From the IMG/VR virus record IMGVR_UViG_3300043446_002688: a stretch of 64,000 bases of DNA. The stretch is one strand, 5' to 3'. The notes beneath the pieces were generated by a model. That model had not been told where the DNA came from. It worked only from the letters and a program-made list of their open reading frames with translations, and did not search any database. The position numbers and the translations under genes are program-made. This stretch comes from a virus. Positions 15,947 through 24,987 of the stretch are shown here, piece after piece. Position 1 is the first letter of the stretch, and each line of letters opens with the position of its first letter.

Positions 15947-17362
15947 TTAAACAACTCTAGTCGAATCAAATATCATTCGTAAGAAAGAATCCTCTTGGTT
16001 TCTGACTGAAGGAATTTGTTTCTTAACTGGTGTAGTTTCTATCTTTTTGTTTACGTTTGTTTGTGTATTTTGTTCAGGTTGTGATTTGTTTAATTTGCCA
16101 ACACTTATTCTATTGTTTAAATTTTCATTAGCTGCAGCATTTAATCTAGAACCAACATTATCATTATTGCCAACTGGAACTCCAGTTGCTGTGGCATTTT
16201 GTCTTTGAAGTTTTGCATTTTCATTAGCATAATAAGTGTTTTCATCAATTTTTAATCCTGTAACAGGATCAAATTTTCCACCCCAGGTTCTGTCCCATTC
16301 CTCAGCACTTCTTAAATTTTTACCTTCAGATGTGTCTGGTCTAGGAACGACTTTAGTTATGGTTTCATTTTTGAATCTCATATCTTTTGGAATTTTTACA
16401 TTTTTTTGTTTTACAACCTTCTCTAAAAATTCCTTGCCGCCAGCCTGATTCATTTCCACTTCATCATTACGTTCCAATATTTCTGCGGCTCGAGCGGGAC
16501 CATTAATTATAATATCTTTTAACGCTTCTTCACCACCTAATTTAACAATATCACGTTCAGAAGCATTCTCTAAGGCCGCTGCAGCTTCTTCAGGACTAAT
16601 AACATTTCTGTTTGCAATTCTTTTTACACTCCAAGCCAATAGTTCAGCCAAACCTAAAATGGTTGCAACTGTCAACACGGCAGGATTCATTAAAACAAAT
16701 CTGAATAAACTGGAACCCAAAAATCTTAATAATGATCCAAACACCTTCATTCCACCGAAAATATCGGATATAATTTTTTTGAAATCGAAATTGGCCATAA
16801 AATTTTTCAACCAATCGGTTAAACTATCAAATCGGTTTCCTTTTCCAGATTTTTTAATTTTTCCACCAGAAAGAACTGTTAGTAATTCTTTGTGGCGTCT
16901 TTCTTCTTCCAGTTGGTGTTCTTCTTCTAAGTTTTTGGCCAGTTCAAGACGCTTCAAATTATCTTCATGTACACCAGATAATAAATTATGCATCTTTTTC
17001 AATGTTTCTGACAATCCAGACATCTCTTGTGTTTTATCAACAGGACCCAATTTAGTCAACTTATCACCAGTTTTTTCACGAATTGGTTTCAAACGACCTG
17101 TGAAATATTGAATGTCTTTTGCATCTCTACCCATCATGTGTCCCAATAGTGCAGGACCTAAGGATGAACCAAAGGTCAACATTTTTGCAATATTGAGAGG
17201 ATCAAATTTTTGTGTGATGCCTTTAACAGAAGCACGTGTTTTCAGGGAAATTGTTTTCTTAATTGCTGTACTAATCTTCTTTTCATACATCAATTGGTCA
17301 GCAAACAGGCTCATCAAGCCTGTATTTCTAATTCGTTTGGCTTGTTGGTATGTAATACTCAT
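15947..17362 (-). CDS. Tape-measure/baseplate-hub-like protein (gp29-like), second paralog
   Basis: Helical, with a hydrophobic central segment; follows the gp26/51-like locus. Confidence 0.55.
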   Translation of the reverse strand: MSITYQQAKRIRNTGLMSLFADQLMYEKKISTAIKKTISLKTRASVKGITQKFDPLNIAKMLTFGSSLGPALLGHMMGRDAKDIQYFTGRLKPIREKTGDKLTKLGPVDKTQEMSGLSETLKKMHNLLSGVHEDNLKRLELAKNLEEEHQLEEERRHKELLTVLSGGKIKKSGKGNRFDSLTDWLKNFMANFDFKKIISDIFGGMKVFGSLLRFLGSSLFRFVLMNPAVLTVATILGLAELLAWSVKRIANRNVISPEEAAAALENASERDIVKLGGEEALKDIIINGPARAAEILERNDEVEMNQAGGKEFLEKVVKQKNVKIPKDMRFKNETITKVVPRPDTSEGKNLRSAEEWDRTWGGKFDPVTGLKIDENTYYANENAKLQRQNATATGVPVGNNDNVGSRLNAAANENLNNRISVGKLNKSQPEQNTQTNVNKKIETTPVKKQIPSVRNQEDSFLRMIFDSTRVV

Positions 17363-19347
17363 ACTGTCCTACTCTTTCTTTCGTATGCGGATCTATCATC
17401 ATACTTTTCATTAGGTGTTGCAGAACTTTGTTTCTGAATCATATTAATATTATTCTGATTGATTGTTGATGATGCAACTTTTGTGGAATTCAAACTATTA
17501 TGCAATTCTTTGTTTTCTATACTACTTTCACCCAATTTAATTTCGTTTGGTTGAATTGCTGGTGGCGGCACACCTATTTCGCCGGACATTTTTTGTCGTT
17601 TTAAAATCCTAGCTTTCAATCCTTCAATGAACCTTTTTGGATCTTTGGCGTTTGATATGGCAGTACCAAAAGATTTTTCTATCGTAGATAAATCATATTC
17701 ACTTATCTTATCAATAAATTCCAACGACGTGGTTGAATTTTTTGAATGTTCTAATGCACGTTTTAATCCAACAGCATTCATTTGGTCATACCTGTCGGAC
17801 ATATAAGCAATTACACGTGGATCTTTGGCGATACTGTCGGATATTCCAGAATTACTCAACAATTTTACGGTTGGTTTGTAGACATGTTTTTCATACCATA
17901 TCAACTGAGCATCATACATTTCCTGTGCTCTGGTTGCAGCCACTTTCCTAAACTCAGCATCAAACTCAGGAGTTGCAGGTTTTGATTTAAAACCAAATTG
18001 TGGATTTTCTGCAACAAATGATTGTATTGATTGTGAATTTGGACCTGAATTCAATCCCAACATACCGTAAGATGTTATTCCTGGTGCTGGATCGTTTGGT
18101 ACAACCTGACCGACTCTATCCGACAAAGATCCTCTATGGCCGGTTTCGCCAGCAATAGTAATATTGGCCGCTGCCAAGACTTCAGCACTTACAGCTGACG
18201 AAGCTACGACCGCAGCGGCCGCAGCACCTCCCTTTATAGCATTTTTGCCCACTGATGATACTGGTGGTGTGCCAGAAACTTTTGGTGGAGGAGTTGGTGT
18301 GTTCGGTTTAGTTTCAACCTTTTTTGGTTTGTCAGGTACCTTTTTTTGTTGTTTACTTACTTTTGGTGGTGTCTGTTTAGTGACTTTCGGTGTACCTGTT
18401 GGTGTTGTTCTTGGTGTCGGAGTTGCCGGTGGTGTCGTGGGTGTAGTTGCAGGCTTTGCAGCTGGTGTTGAAGGTGTTTGTGGTGTAGTTGCAGGCTTTG
18501 CTGCTGGTGTTGCCGGTGTTTGTGGTGTAGTTCCGGTTGGTTCAGTTTTAGCTGCTGGTTTTGGTTTTCCTCCGGTCGATAATTCGGAAGGTTCTGTAGC
18601 CTTTTTCTTTTTACTGACCATTTTCTTTCTCTTGCCGAAATTCAAAATAGTCAAAGCTTCAATTATTTCTTTGTGTTTTTTTTCAGTTCTTATTTCTTTT
18701 TGTTCGGCCTGATTTTTGGCCATTTCCCATCTAAGTTTATCGTCAACTTGAATTTTGACCATCAATTTATAAATTCCACCGAGAATTTGTTCCGCATTAG
18801 CGCCTTCTGGTACAGAATTTTTATCAATACTATTGTTGATTGTTTTTAATATTTTAGAAATATTTTTTTGTGTTACAGGTGATGTTTTTTGTGGACCAGT
18901 TAAAACATCTTTCTCTTGTACATTACTTGGAACATCATTCTTTTGGTTTGAAGATGTTGATTTTTGACCACCAGTTGAACCAGCAATCATTTTAGCCATC
19001 AAAGGTGTAAGAATAGACTCTTTATAACCTTTCTTTGTAGCCATTTGCATTTGGCGTTGCAACATATTATCATCAGATTGTTGTTTGGCCAACTTTTTAA
19101 CCAAATCTATCTGTTCTTTTGTTAAGTCGTGGCCACCATTACTCATCAATGTTGCAACATCACCACTTGTAAACAATTGGTAAAATGTCTTATCGTCCAT
19201 CTTACGCATATTTTTTTCAGAAGGTAAACCACCAGTCATAGCAGTTCCAGCACCTTCAATTGAAAAAGAAGATGTTGAAGTTGGATTTTTACTAGGATGC
19301 AAAGCATTGATAGTTTTGACAATCCCTTTTGATATTCTACTTACCAT
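17359..19347 (-). CDS. Tape-measure-like protein with Pro/Ala/Thr linker and putative lysozyme-fold domain
   Basis: Helical N-terminus; PAAKPATTPQTP repeats; ETG...DP.PGITSYG resembles VgrG3-type muramidases. Confidence 0.55.
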   Translation of the reverse strand: MVSRISKGIVKTINALHPSKNPTSTSSFSIEGAGTAMTGGLPSEKNMRKMDDKTFYQLFTSGDVATLMSNGGHDLTKEQIDLVKKLAKQQSDDNMLQRQMQMATKKGYKESILTPLMAKMIAGSTGGQKSTSSNQKNDVPSNVQEKDVLTGPQKTSPVTQKNISKILKTINNSIDKNSVPEGANAEQILGGIYKLMVKIQVDDKLRWEMAKNQAEQKEIRTEKKHKEIIEALTILNFGKRKKMVSKKKKATEPSELSTGGKPKPAAKTEPTGTTPQTPATPAAKPATTPQTPSTPAAKPATTPTTPPATPTPRTTPTGTPKVTKQTPPKVSKQQKKVPDKPKKVETKPNTPTPPPKVSGTPPVSSVGKNAIKGGAAAAAVVASSAVSAEVLAAANITIAGETGHRGSLSDRVGQVVPNDPAPGITSYGMLGLNSGPNSQSIQSFVAENPQFGFKSKPATPEFDAEFRKVAATRAQEMYDAQLIWYEKHVYKPTVKLLSNSGISDSIAKDPRVIAYMSDRYDQMNAVGLKRALEHSKNSTTSLEFIDKISEYDLSTIEKSFGTAISNAKDPKRFIEGLKARILKRQKMSGEIGVPPPAIQPNEIKLGESSIENKELHNSLNSTKVASSTINQNNINMIQKQSSATPNEKYDDRSAYERKSRTV
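18420..18555 (-). repeat. About 39-bp coding tandem repeat (TPQTP[A/S]TPAAKPAT)
   Basis: tgtggtgtagttgcaggctttgc recurs with 39-nt period. Confidence 0.75.
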
Positions 19348-19350
19348 TTA

Positions 19351-19539
19351 TTAAGTTCTCATTTGTTCTTTTATTTTTTTATTTTCTTCCTCAAGATATT
19401 GTATTAACATAGTAACATATATGTCCCTTTCCCAAGGTATCATATTTTCCAATTCAGTTAGACTATACTTATGGTGTTGCATCATCGCAAAATTAGTCTT
19501 ATAATAGTTTCCCAAATCATCATAACGAAGTATTAACCG
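19351..19539 (-). CDS. gp51: gp51-like frame (not in the ORF track); -1 relative to the upstream gene
   Basis: RLILRYDDLGNYYKTNFAMMQHHKYSLTELENMIPWERDIYVTMLIQYLEEENKKIKEQMRT*; first ATG only at 19485. Confidence 0.8.
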   Translation of the reverse strand, partial: RLILRYDDLGNYYKTNFAMMQHHKYSLTELENMIPWERDIYVTMLIQYLEEENKKIKEQMRT

Positions 19540-20273
19540 AAAAAATCTTCAAGGCCCTCCACCTCAAAGTTGTGTACATAACCACACTTTTTACAAGTCA
19601 TTTGAATTTTTTGTGTCATTCTAGGCATATTGTTGAAAAATTCTTCTAGTTTTTCAAACTGTTCTTGATTTAAATTTTCCACAAATTCAATAAGTTCTTC
19701 TTCGGATATCTCACTTGAATAATAAAATTGTTCTCCGTCAAAAATATGTTCTATACAACTTGCAATCATCTTAAAGGTTAAAGATGCAACATCACTGTAA
19801 TCAACATCTGCATTTAATAACCTAAATTCTGGATATTTCATCTTAATTACAATTTTTTCGGTCAGATGTATTTCAGGATCAACAATTTTATCTTGTACAG
19901 GTAGAATTTGAGTTAAATTAATTTTTGTTTCAATTATATTGCCACATTCTTTCGTGTTTCCATCTTCTTTTATCACTTCATTGTTGCAACGGTATTTGGA
20001 TTCCACAATTTCGCCTACCGATTTGGCACGCAATTGTAAAAACAAATACTCAATATCAATGATAGGAACAGAAGAAATATTAAATTCTGGTGTTAAAATA
20101 CAAGTGTTCAGAACATCCAAAATGGAAGACTGAATTGTTTTACTATCTTTTGATTCCATTGCCATCAATAGAATCTTTTGTTCCTTTACTAAGAAAGGAC
20201 GATATTTAATCGTTTTCTTTGATATGGGTAATTCAAGTTCATAAGTTGGCACTTCAAGTTTTGGTAAAGCCAT
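19533..20273 (-). CDS. gp26: Baseplate hub assembly protein (gp26-like)
   Basis: MALPKLEVPTYELELP...IKYRPFLVKEQKILLMA, DIEYLFLQLRAKSVGE, two Cys pairs, FFNNMP, EGLEDFF. Confidence 0.88.
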   Translation of the reverse strand: MALPKLEVPTYELELPISKKTIKYRPFLVKEQKILLMAMESKDSKTIQSSILDVLNTCILTPEFNISSVPIIDIEYLFLQLRAKSVGEIVESKYRCNNEVIKEDGNTKECGNIIETKINLTQILPVQDKIVDPEIHLTEKIVIKMKYPEFRLLNADVDYSDVASLTFKMIASCIEHIFDGEQFYYSSEISEEELIEFVENLNQEQFEKLEEFFNNMPRMTQKIQMTCKKCGYVHNFEVEGLEDFFG

Positions 20274-20288
20274 AATAACTCCTCAAGG

Positions 20289-20843
20289 TTAAAATATATT
20301 AAAGAATGAATTTTGATTCCAGGAATTGTTTCTCCATTCAGTATATGCAAATGTTACAGTTAAACGGTGGTATCCATCTGAACTCCAGTCCAAATCTAAT
20401 TGGTTGACTGATATTGGATAAGCCTCATGCAATTCAACTGCATAAGACAATTTGTTTGAGACATCATATTGATTGATAAAGACAGTTGTGCAATAATCTG
20501 ACCTAAAATTAAAATCGTTTGTTGTTCTAGGATTGACCAATTCTAGCCAACCATCAAAAAAATACTTTGTTGCCATCGTATCATCAACAATAAAAGTCAA
20601 ATCCAAATCATTATATGTGGTCAAATATGGTAACTTTTCAATAGGACCATATGTTTTTCTTTCGGTTGTTGCAAGTGTTCGACCTGGTAGTTCCGCATTT
20701 TCACAACGATACATCAATTCTCTGGATGTTGTAAGTGTCGATGCAACCAATGTTAATGGTGCAATAATACGCACATCAAAACGACTTGAACGTGCAGGGT
20801 CTCTGGTAAAACTGGATTTGAATTCGGATATACTTCCGGCCAT
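20289..20843 (-). CDS. Tail-tube-like baseplate protein (gp54/gp19 family)
   Basis: RSSRFDV, CENAELPGRTLAT, YNDLDLTF, FFDGWLE, EAYPISVN...L, LTVTFAY. Confidence 0.8.
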   Translation of the reverse strand: MAGSISEFKSSFTRDPARSSRFDVRIIAPLTLVASTLTTSRELMYRCENAELPGRTLATTERKTYGPIEKLPYLTTYNDLDLTFIVDDTMATKYFFDGWLELVNPRTTNDFNFRSDYCTTVFINQYDVSNKLSYAVELHEAYPISVNQLDLDWSSDGYHRLTVTFAYTEWRNNSWNQNSFFNIF

Positions 20844-20844
20844 T

Positions 20845-21465
20845 TTATAAAGTCCTTATTTCGTTGACTGATTCTTGCCAAACTGCCTTGGCTTGTTCTT
20901 TTTTGAATTGATGTACAGGTAAATACATCGCAATATCCCATTCCTGTGGTTCAACCGCAAGAATTCTCGATTTTATGTGAGAATACAGATATTTTTTCAA
21001 ACATGGTCTGAATTCTTTATACTTTGATGAGGCATTCAATATAGGATAAGTTATCCTGATTCTTTTTATTTCATCATCATCGTTGTAAATTGCAAGTGGC
21101 AATAATTTCTTTGCAAAAATGATTCTATGTCTGATTGGTAAATAATGAAAGTTCAAACCCAAGAAACCATCAGATTCTCTTTTTAGAGGCATCACTAATG
21201 GAAATCTGTCATAGTATGGCATATCATCTTTGCCCTTAGGATCATATACAAAGTAATATAATCCACCCATAAGAAACTTCTGTTTGTCACTTGCACGTGT
21301 GAAACGAGACTTTTCTTTGGTGATTGGTAAGGCCAACCTTGAGGGGTTCCTCAGGTCACTGATTCGCTTCATCAACCAAGAAAGAGCATCACGGCTCATC
21401 GTTTGATATTCAAGGTCAACTTTTTCTTGGTGTAGTGTTGTAAGTATGGATGGTTTTGTAGTCAT
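20845..21465 (-). CDS. gp2: DNA end protector protein gp2
   Basis: LYYFVYDPK...PYYDRFPLV...GFLGLNFHYLP, PCLKKYL. Confidence 0.88.
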   Translation of the reverse strand: MTTKPSILTTLHQEKVDLEYQTMSRDALSWLMKRISDLRNPSRLALPITKEKSRFTRASDKQKFLMGGLYYFVYDPKGKDDMPYYDRFPLVMPLKRESDGFLGLNFHYLPIRHRIIFAKKLLPLAIYNDDDEIKRIRITYPILNASSKYKEFRPCLKKYLYSHIKSRILAVEPQEWDIAMYLPVHQFKKEQAKAVWQESVNEIRTL

Positions 21466-21469
21466 CTCA

Positions 21470-21476
21470 TATTTAG
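21470..21476 (-). promoter_or_regulatory. Late-type promoter CTAAATA for gp2
   Basis: plus-strand tatttag just upstream of ATG 21465. Confidence 0.6.
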
Positions 21477-21477
21477 G

Positions 21478-21912
21478 TTATAGTCCGAGGTGATCCTCTG
21501 TAAAGATTTTGAATTCCCATCCACGGTCTAGACAGTATTCAGTAGCGGCTTTCCACTTTGCTTGATTAACACCCCAGGTTGTAACTTCTTGTATATACTG
21601 TTTGGTGATTCGTTTTTTCTTTTCTGGTTCTTTGGTTTGTTTCTTGGGTTTGACCTCAATCATCATGGTCTTGGTCTTACCGTCAGCAGTTTTAACTTTG
21701 ACAAGAAAATCTGGGAAATATCTATGTTTTTTGCCGTCCACAGGTGAAACATATGGCACAATCAATTCTTCTGATGCCCAAGATACCACATTTGGGTTTT
21801 TGTCAAGCCAAGTCATCACCCGACATTCCCATGACGAGCGGTATATGATATTTGTGTGGTCTCCTGCGTATTTTGCGGGATTTGTAGGTCTAAATGTTCC
21901 AGAATATGCCAT
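21478..21912 (-). CDS. gp4: Head completion nuclease gp4
   Basis: Start ATG 21912; YSGTF.P.NP.KY.GD..NIIYRSSWE, YFPDF, IEVKP, NQAKWKAA..YC..RGWEFKIFTE. Confidence 0.93.
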   Translation of the reverse strand: MAYSGTFRPTNPAKYAGDHTNIIYRSSWECRVMTWLDKNPNVVSWASEELIVPYVSPVDGKKHRYFPDFLVKVKTADGKTKTMMIEVKPKKQTKEPEKKKRITKQYIQEVTTWGVNQAKWKAATEYCLDRGWEFKIFTEDHLGL

Positions 21913-21944
21913 AAATACTATGTATAATCTTTTCCTAAAATAAA

Positions 21945-23057
21945 ATGACAAATCTCACACAAGATGAACTAGCACAACACTATCGTGATGAATTAAAAAT
22001 GAGGCAAACATCACAACCTCTGAGTCCCACAGAAAGTTCTGGTGATGTAAGTCAGGGGACATCTTATTCAACCACCAGAACTCCTTTTGGTGGAGGAGTT
22101 AGTGTTCAAACAAATAACGATTCGGTTACCGGACCGATGGCGTCACTTTATAAAAACAAGTATACTTATACAAGTCTGATATATCCCTTGGATGTTGGTT
22201 CTATTGGCAAAGGACACACCATACAGTTTGATATCAGTGACATAAAACCTGTCGAATTAAAAGATGTTGAAAATACCGTAAATAATATGGTCGACCAAGC
22301 CAAAGCTTCTTTTGGAACATTAGCTGCAGCACAAACCACTGTAACAACAGCAGCTGGCCAAGTGGTCGATGCAGCAACTCAAGCTGGTGAATATATAAAA
22401 AATAATACAGCAGGAAAAATCGTTAATGATTTTGTGGATTCTTTGGCAAATGCTCCAAAATTAGATTATGGTCCAGAAGTCACAAAAACAGTATCAACAA
22501 TACGATTGAGTATGCCAGATACTTTGAATTTTTCATATGGTATACAATATGATAAATTAAGTGTGGCTGATGCAGCTGGTTCGGTTGTACCTTTGGTAGG
22601 AACAATTGCACGTGCTATTACATCTGGTATAGGTAAAATGGCGTTGAATAAATTGGGTTATGTATTTAACCCACAAGAACAACAAATCTTTGAAGGTATT
22701 GATTTCCGTGAATATGAAATGACTTTTATTTTCACACCAATTTCACAAAGAGAAGCGGATACAGTCAAAGAAATTATCAAAACATTCAGAAAGTATGCAG
22801 CGCCAACAATCAATAACAAATTGTCTGGTTTCTTCTTTACACCACCTTCTGTTTTCGATGTTTCTTTCTTTTTCAATGGTCAACCAAACTATAACTTAAA
22901 TCCAATCAGAAGAAGTGTGGTAACAAATATTTCTGTGGATTATGCACCAAATGGCTGGGCTGCACTTAGAAACGGTGCACCTGTACAAACAACAATGACA
23001 GTTTCATTCAGAGAAACAGAACTTGTCGATAGAACATCAATAGAGTCCGAAAGATGA
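21945..23057 (+). CDS. gp48: Baseplate tail-tube cap gp48
   Basis: L.MPDTLNFSY, NPQEQQIFEGIDFREYEMTFIFTP...EA..VKEII..F, F..PSVFDV. Confidence 0.85.
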   Translation: MTNLTQDELAQHYRDELKMRQTSQPLSPTESSGDVSQGTSYSTTRTPFGGGVSVQTNNDSVTGPMASLYKNKYTYTSLIYPLDVGSIGKGHTIQFDISDIKPVELKDVENTVNNMVDQAKASFGTLAAAQTTVTTAAGQVVDAATQAGEYIKNNTAGKIVNDFVDSLANAPKLDYGPEVTKTVSTIRLSMPDTLNFSYGIQYDKLSVADAAGSVVPLVGTIARAITSGIGKMALNKLGYVFNPQEQQIFEGIDFREYEMTFIFTPISQREADTVKEIIKTFRKYAAPTINNKLSGFFFTPPSVFDVSFFFNGQPNYNLNPIRRSVVTNISVDYAPNGWAALRNGAPVQTTMTVSFRETELVDRTSIESER

Positions 23058-23641
23058 AATATTTCCAAAGTACTCCAAAAATAGCGGTAACAGACAAATA
23101 TGGTAATTCTGTTATATACAGAAATATCATGGCCAGACTGAGCATCATTCCTGCCGTTTTGAAAAATCCATTATTGTATTATGAATATGATGTGCAAGAA
23201 GGCGATACACCAGAGATTGTTGCACACAAATATTATGGTAATGTTAATCGTTACTGGATTGTGTTGTTCAGTAACCAAATGATGGATCCACAATGGGATT
23301 GGCCACTAGATTATAGAAATTTGGCATCTTATATTGAGGACAAATATGAGAATCCAGAAGCTATACATTCATACCAAAAGATTATAACATTAACCAATTT
23401 GTTGGAAAACAACACAACCGTAAACACATATACCATAAGTGAAGCGGAATATAATGATATTGTGGAAGAAACAAAAACGATTGAAATGGCTAGTGGTGTT
23501 GTTATCTATCAATTAGAAAAGAAATCTTTAACAAATTATGAATATGAAGTTGAATCTAACGATTCAAAGAGAAGTATCAAATTGTTAAATAGAGATTATG
23601 CTTCACAATTAGAACAAGAGTTTCAGGCTCTGATGAGTTAA
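23054..23641 (+). CDS. gp53: Baseplate wedge protein gp53
   Basis: MKYFQ..P, YDVQEGDTPEIVAHKYYG...YWIVL..N...DPQWDWPL. Confidence 0.9.
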   Translation: MKYFQSTPKIAVTDKYGNSVIYRNIMARLSIIPAVLKNPLLYYEYDVQEGDTPEIVAHKYYGNVNRYWIVLFSNQMMDPQWDWPLDYRNLASYIEDKYENPEAIHSYQKIITLTNLLENNTTVNTYTISEAEYNDIVEETKTIEMASGVVIYQLEKKSLTNYEYEVESNDSKRSIKLLNRDYASQLEQEFQALMS

Positions 23642-23642
23642 T

Positions 23643-24980
23643 ATGGATGATTTCTCAGATACAACCGGCACTTACTCAACACAAGATGCTGGTATAGATA
23701 AAATTTCATTAACCACCGCTGGTGGTGATGTAGTTGATTTGAAAAGATTAGTTATTGAATTGTCCTATTTTGAGGACATTTATAGTTTTTCTGCTTCTGG
23801 TTATGTTATGTTGAGAGATTCTTTGGGTTTGATTGAAAAAATGCAAATTACCGGTAAAGAATTGATTGACATTTCTTTTGGTAAGACGCAAGATGGTGAA
23901 AGAAATATTAAGAAAACTTTTAGAATATACAAAATTGGTGATAGAAAACCAACCGGCAACCTGAGTAGTGAAACTTATAAATTATACTTTTGTTCGGAAG
24001 AATTGATACTATCTGAACAAATCAAAGTATCCAAGTCATATACAGGTTGGAAAATATCTGATATGGTTTCTGATATATTATTTCACAAATTAAAAACGCC
24101 AAATAATAAAATATACAACATCGAACAGACAACTGGTCTTTATGATTTTGTTGTTCCTTTATTAAAACCATTTGAAGCAATCAGTTGGTTGTCATTATAC
24201 GCAAGACCAGCTTATACTGATTTGGTTGGTGCAGATATGTTGTTATTTGAGAACAAAAATGGATTTAATTTTAGGTCTATCTCAACAATGATGGCACAAA
24301 ATCCATATACAACATATATCTACCAACAAAACAACTTAAAAAAAGATATACAGAATTTTAATAGTAGAACAAGGTCTGTTCTAAATTTTGAAGTCAAAAA
24401 AACATTTGATGCACTCAACGAAACATCGTCTGGTGCATATGCAAATAGAACGATTACGATAGACCCACTCACAAGGTCATATAAAGTTACCGATTTTGAC
24501 TACAACCAATACACAAAACAGATTAAACCTATGAATGGTTCTGGTGTATTACCCAATTCTACCAATAGATTGGGACTGAAACCAAATCAAGCATATGAAG
24601 GTTCATTAAAAGTTCTATGGGGAAATTCGGAAGAAGAAAAGAACCCATACATAAAGGAACGTGCAGGTTCGGTAGCAAAAGACATATTTGCAGAAACCTA
24701 TGTTCGTTATAGAACTGCACAGATGGCATTAGCAAATCACACGGTGTTGAAACTGGTGATTCCTGGTGACCCTGGACTGGCAGCAGGTAGCACAATAACA
24801 TTTAATGTGTTTTCTTTAACAGGTGGTACCGACAAAGATATCGACAAATTTTATTCTGGTAAATATTTGGTAACGGCAGTCAGACATATTTTACAATCTC
24901 AAGGTGTATACCAAACGATTGTTGAAATCGCAAAAGAAAGTTCGATGGCTGCATATCAATCCGTATCTACAACTAAGTGA
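23643..24980 (+). CDS. Baseplate hub protein (gp27/gpD-like)
   Basis: Between gp53 and gp5; YFEDI, LLFENKNGFNF.SI, IPGD..LAAG, SGKYLVTAVRH. Confidence 0.6.
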   Translation: MDDFSDTTGTYSTQDAGIDKISLTTAGGDVVDLKRLVIELSYFEDIYSFSASGYVMLRDSLGLIEKMQITGKELIDISFGKTQDGERNIKKTFRIYKIGDRKPTGNLSSETYKLYFCSEELILSEQIKVSKSYTGWKISDMVSDILFHKLKTPNNKIYNIEQTTGLYDFVVPLLKPFEAISWLSLYARPAYTDLVGADMLLFENKNGFNFRSISTMMAQNPYTTYIYQQNNLKKDIQNFNSRTRSVLNFEVKKTFDALNETSSGAYANRTITIDPLTRSYKVTDFDYNQYTKQIKPMNGSGVLPNSTNRLGLKPNQAYEGSLKVLWGNSEEEKNPYIKERAGSVAKDIFAETYVRYRTAQMALANHTVLKLVIPGDPGLAAGSTITFNVFSLTGGTDKDIDKFYSGKYLVTAVRHILQSQGVYQTIVEIAKESSMAAYQSVSTTK

Positions 24981-24987
24981 GAGATAA

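Noticed and set aside
18164-18712. Plus-strand 182-aa Gly/Val-rich ORF
   Set aside because: Antisense shadow of the Pro/Thr/Ala linker
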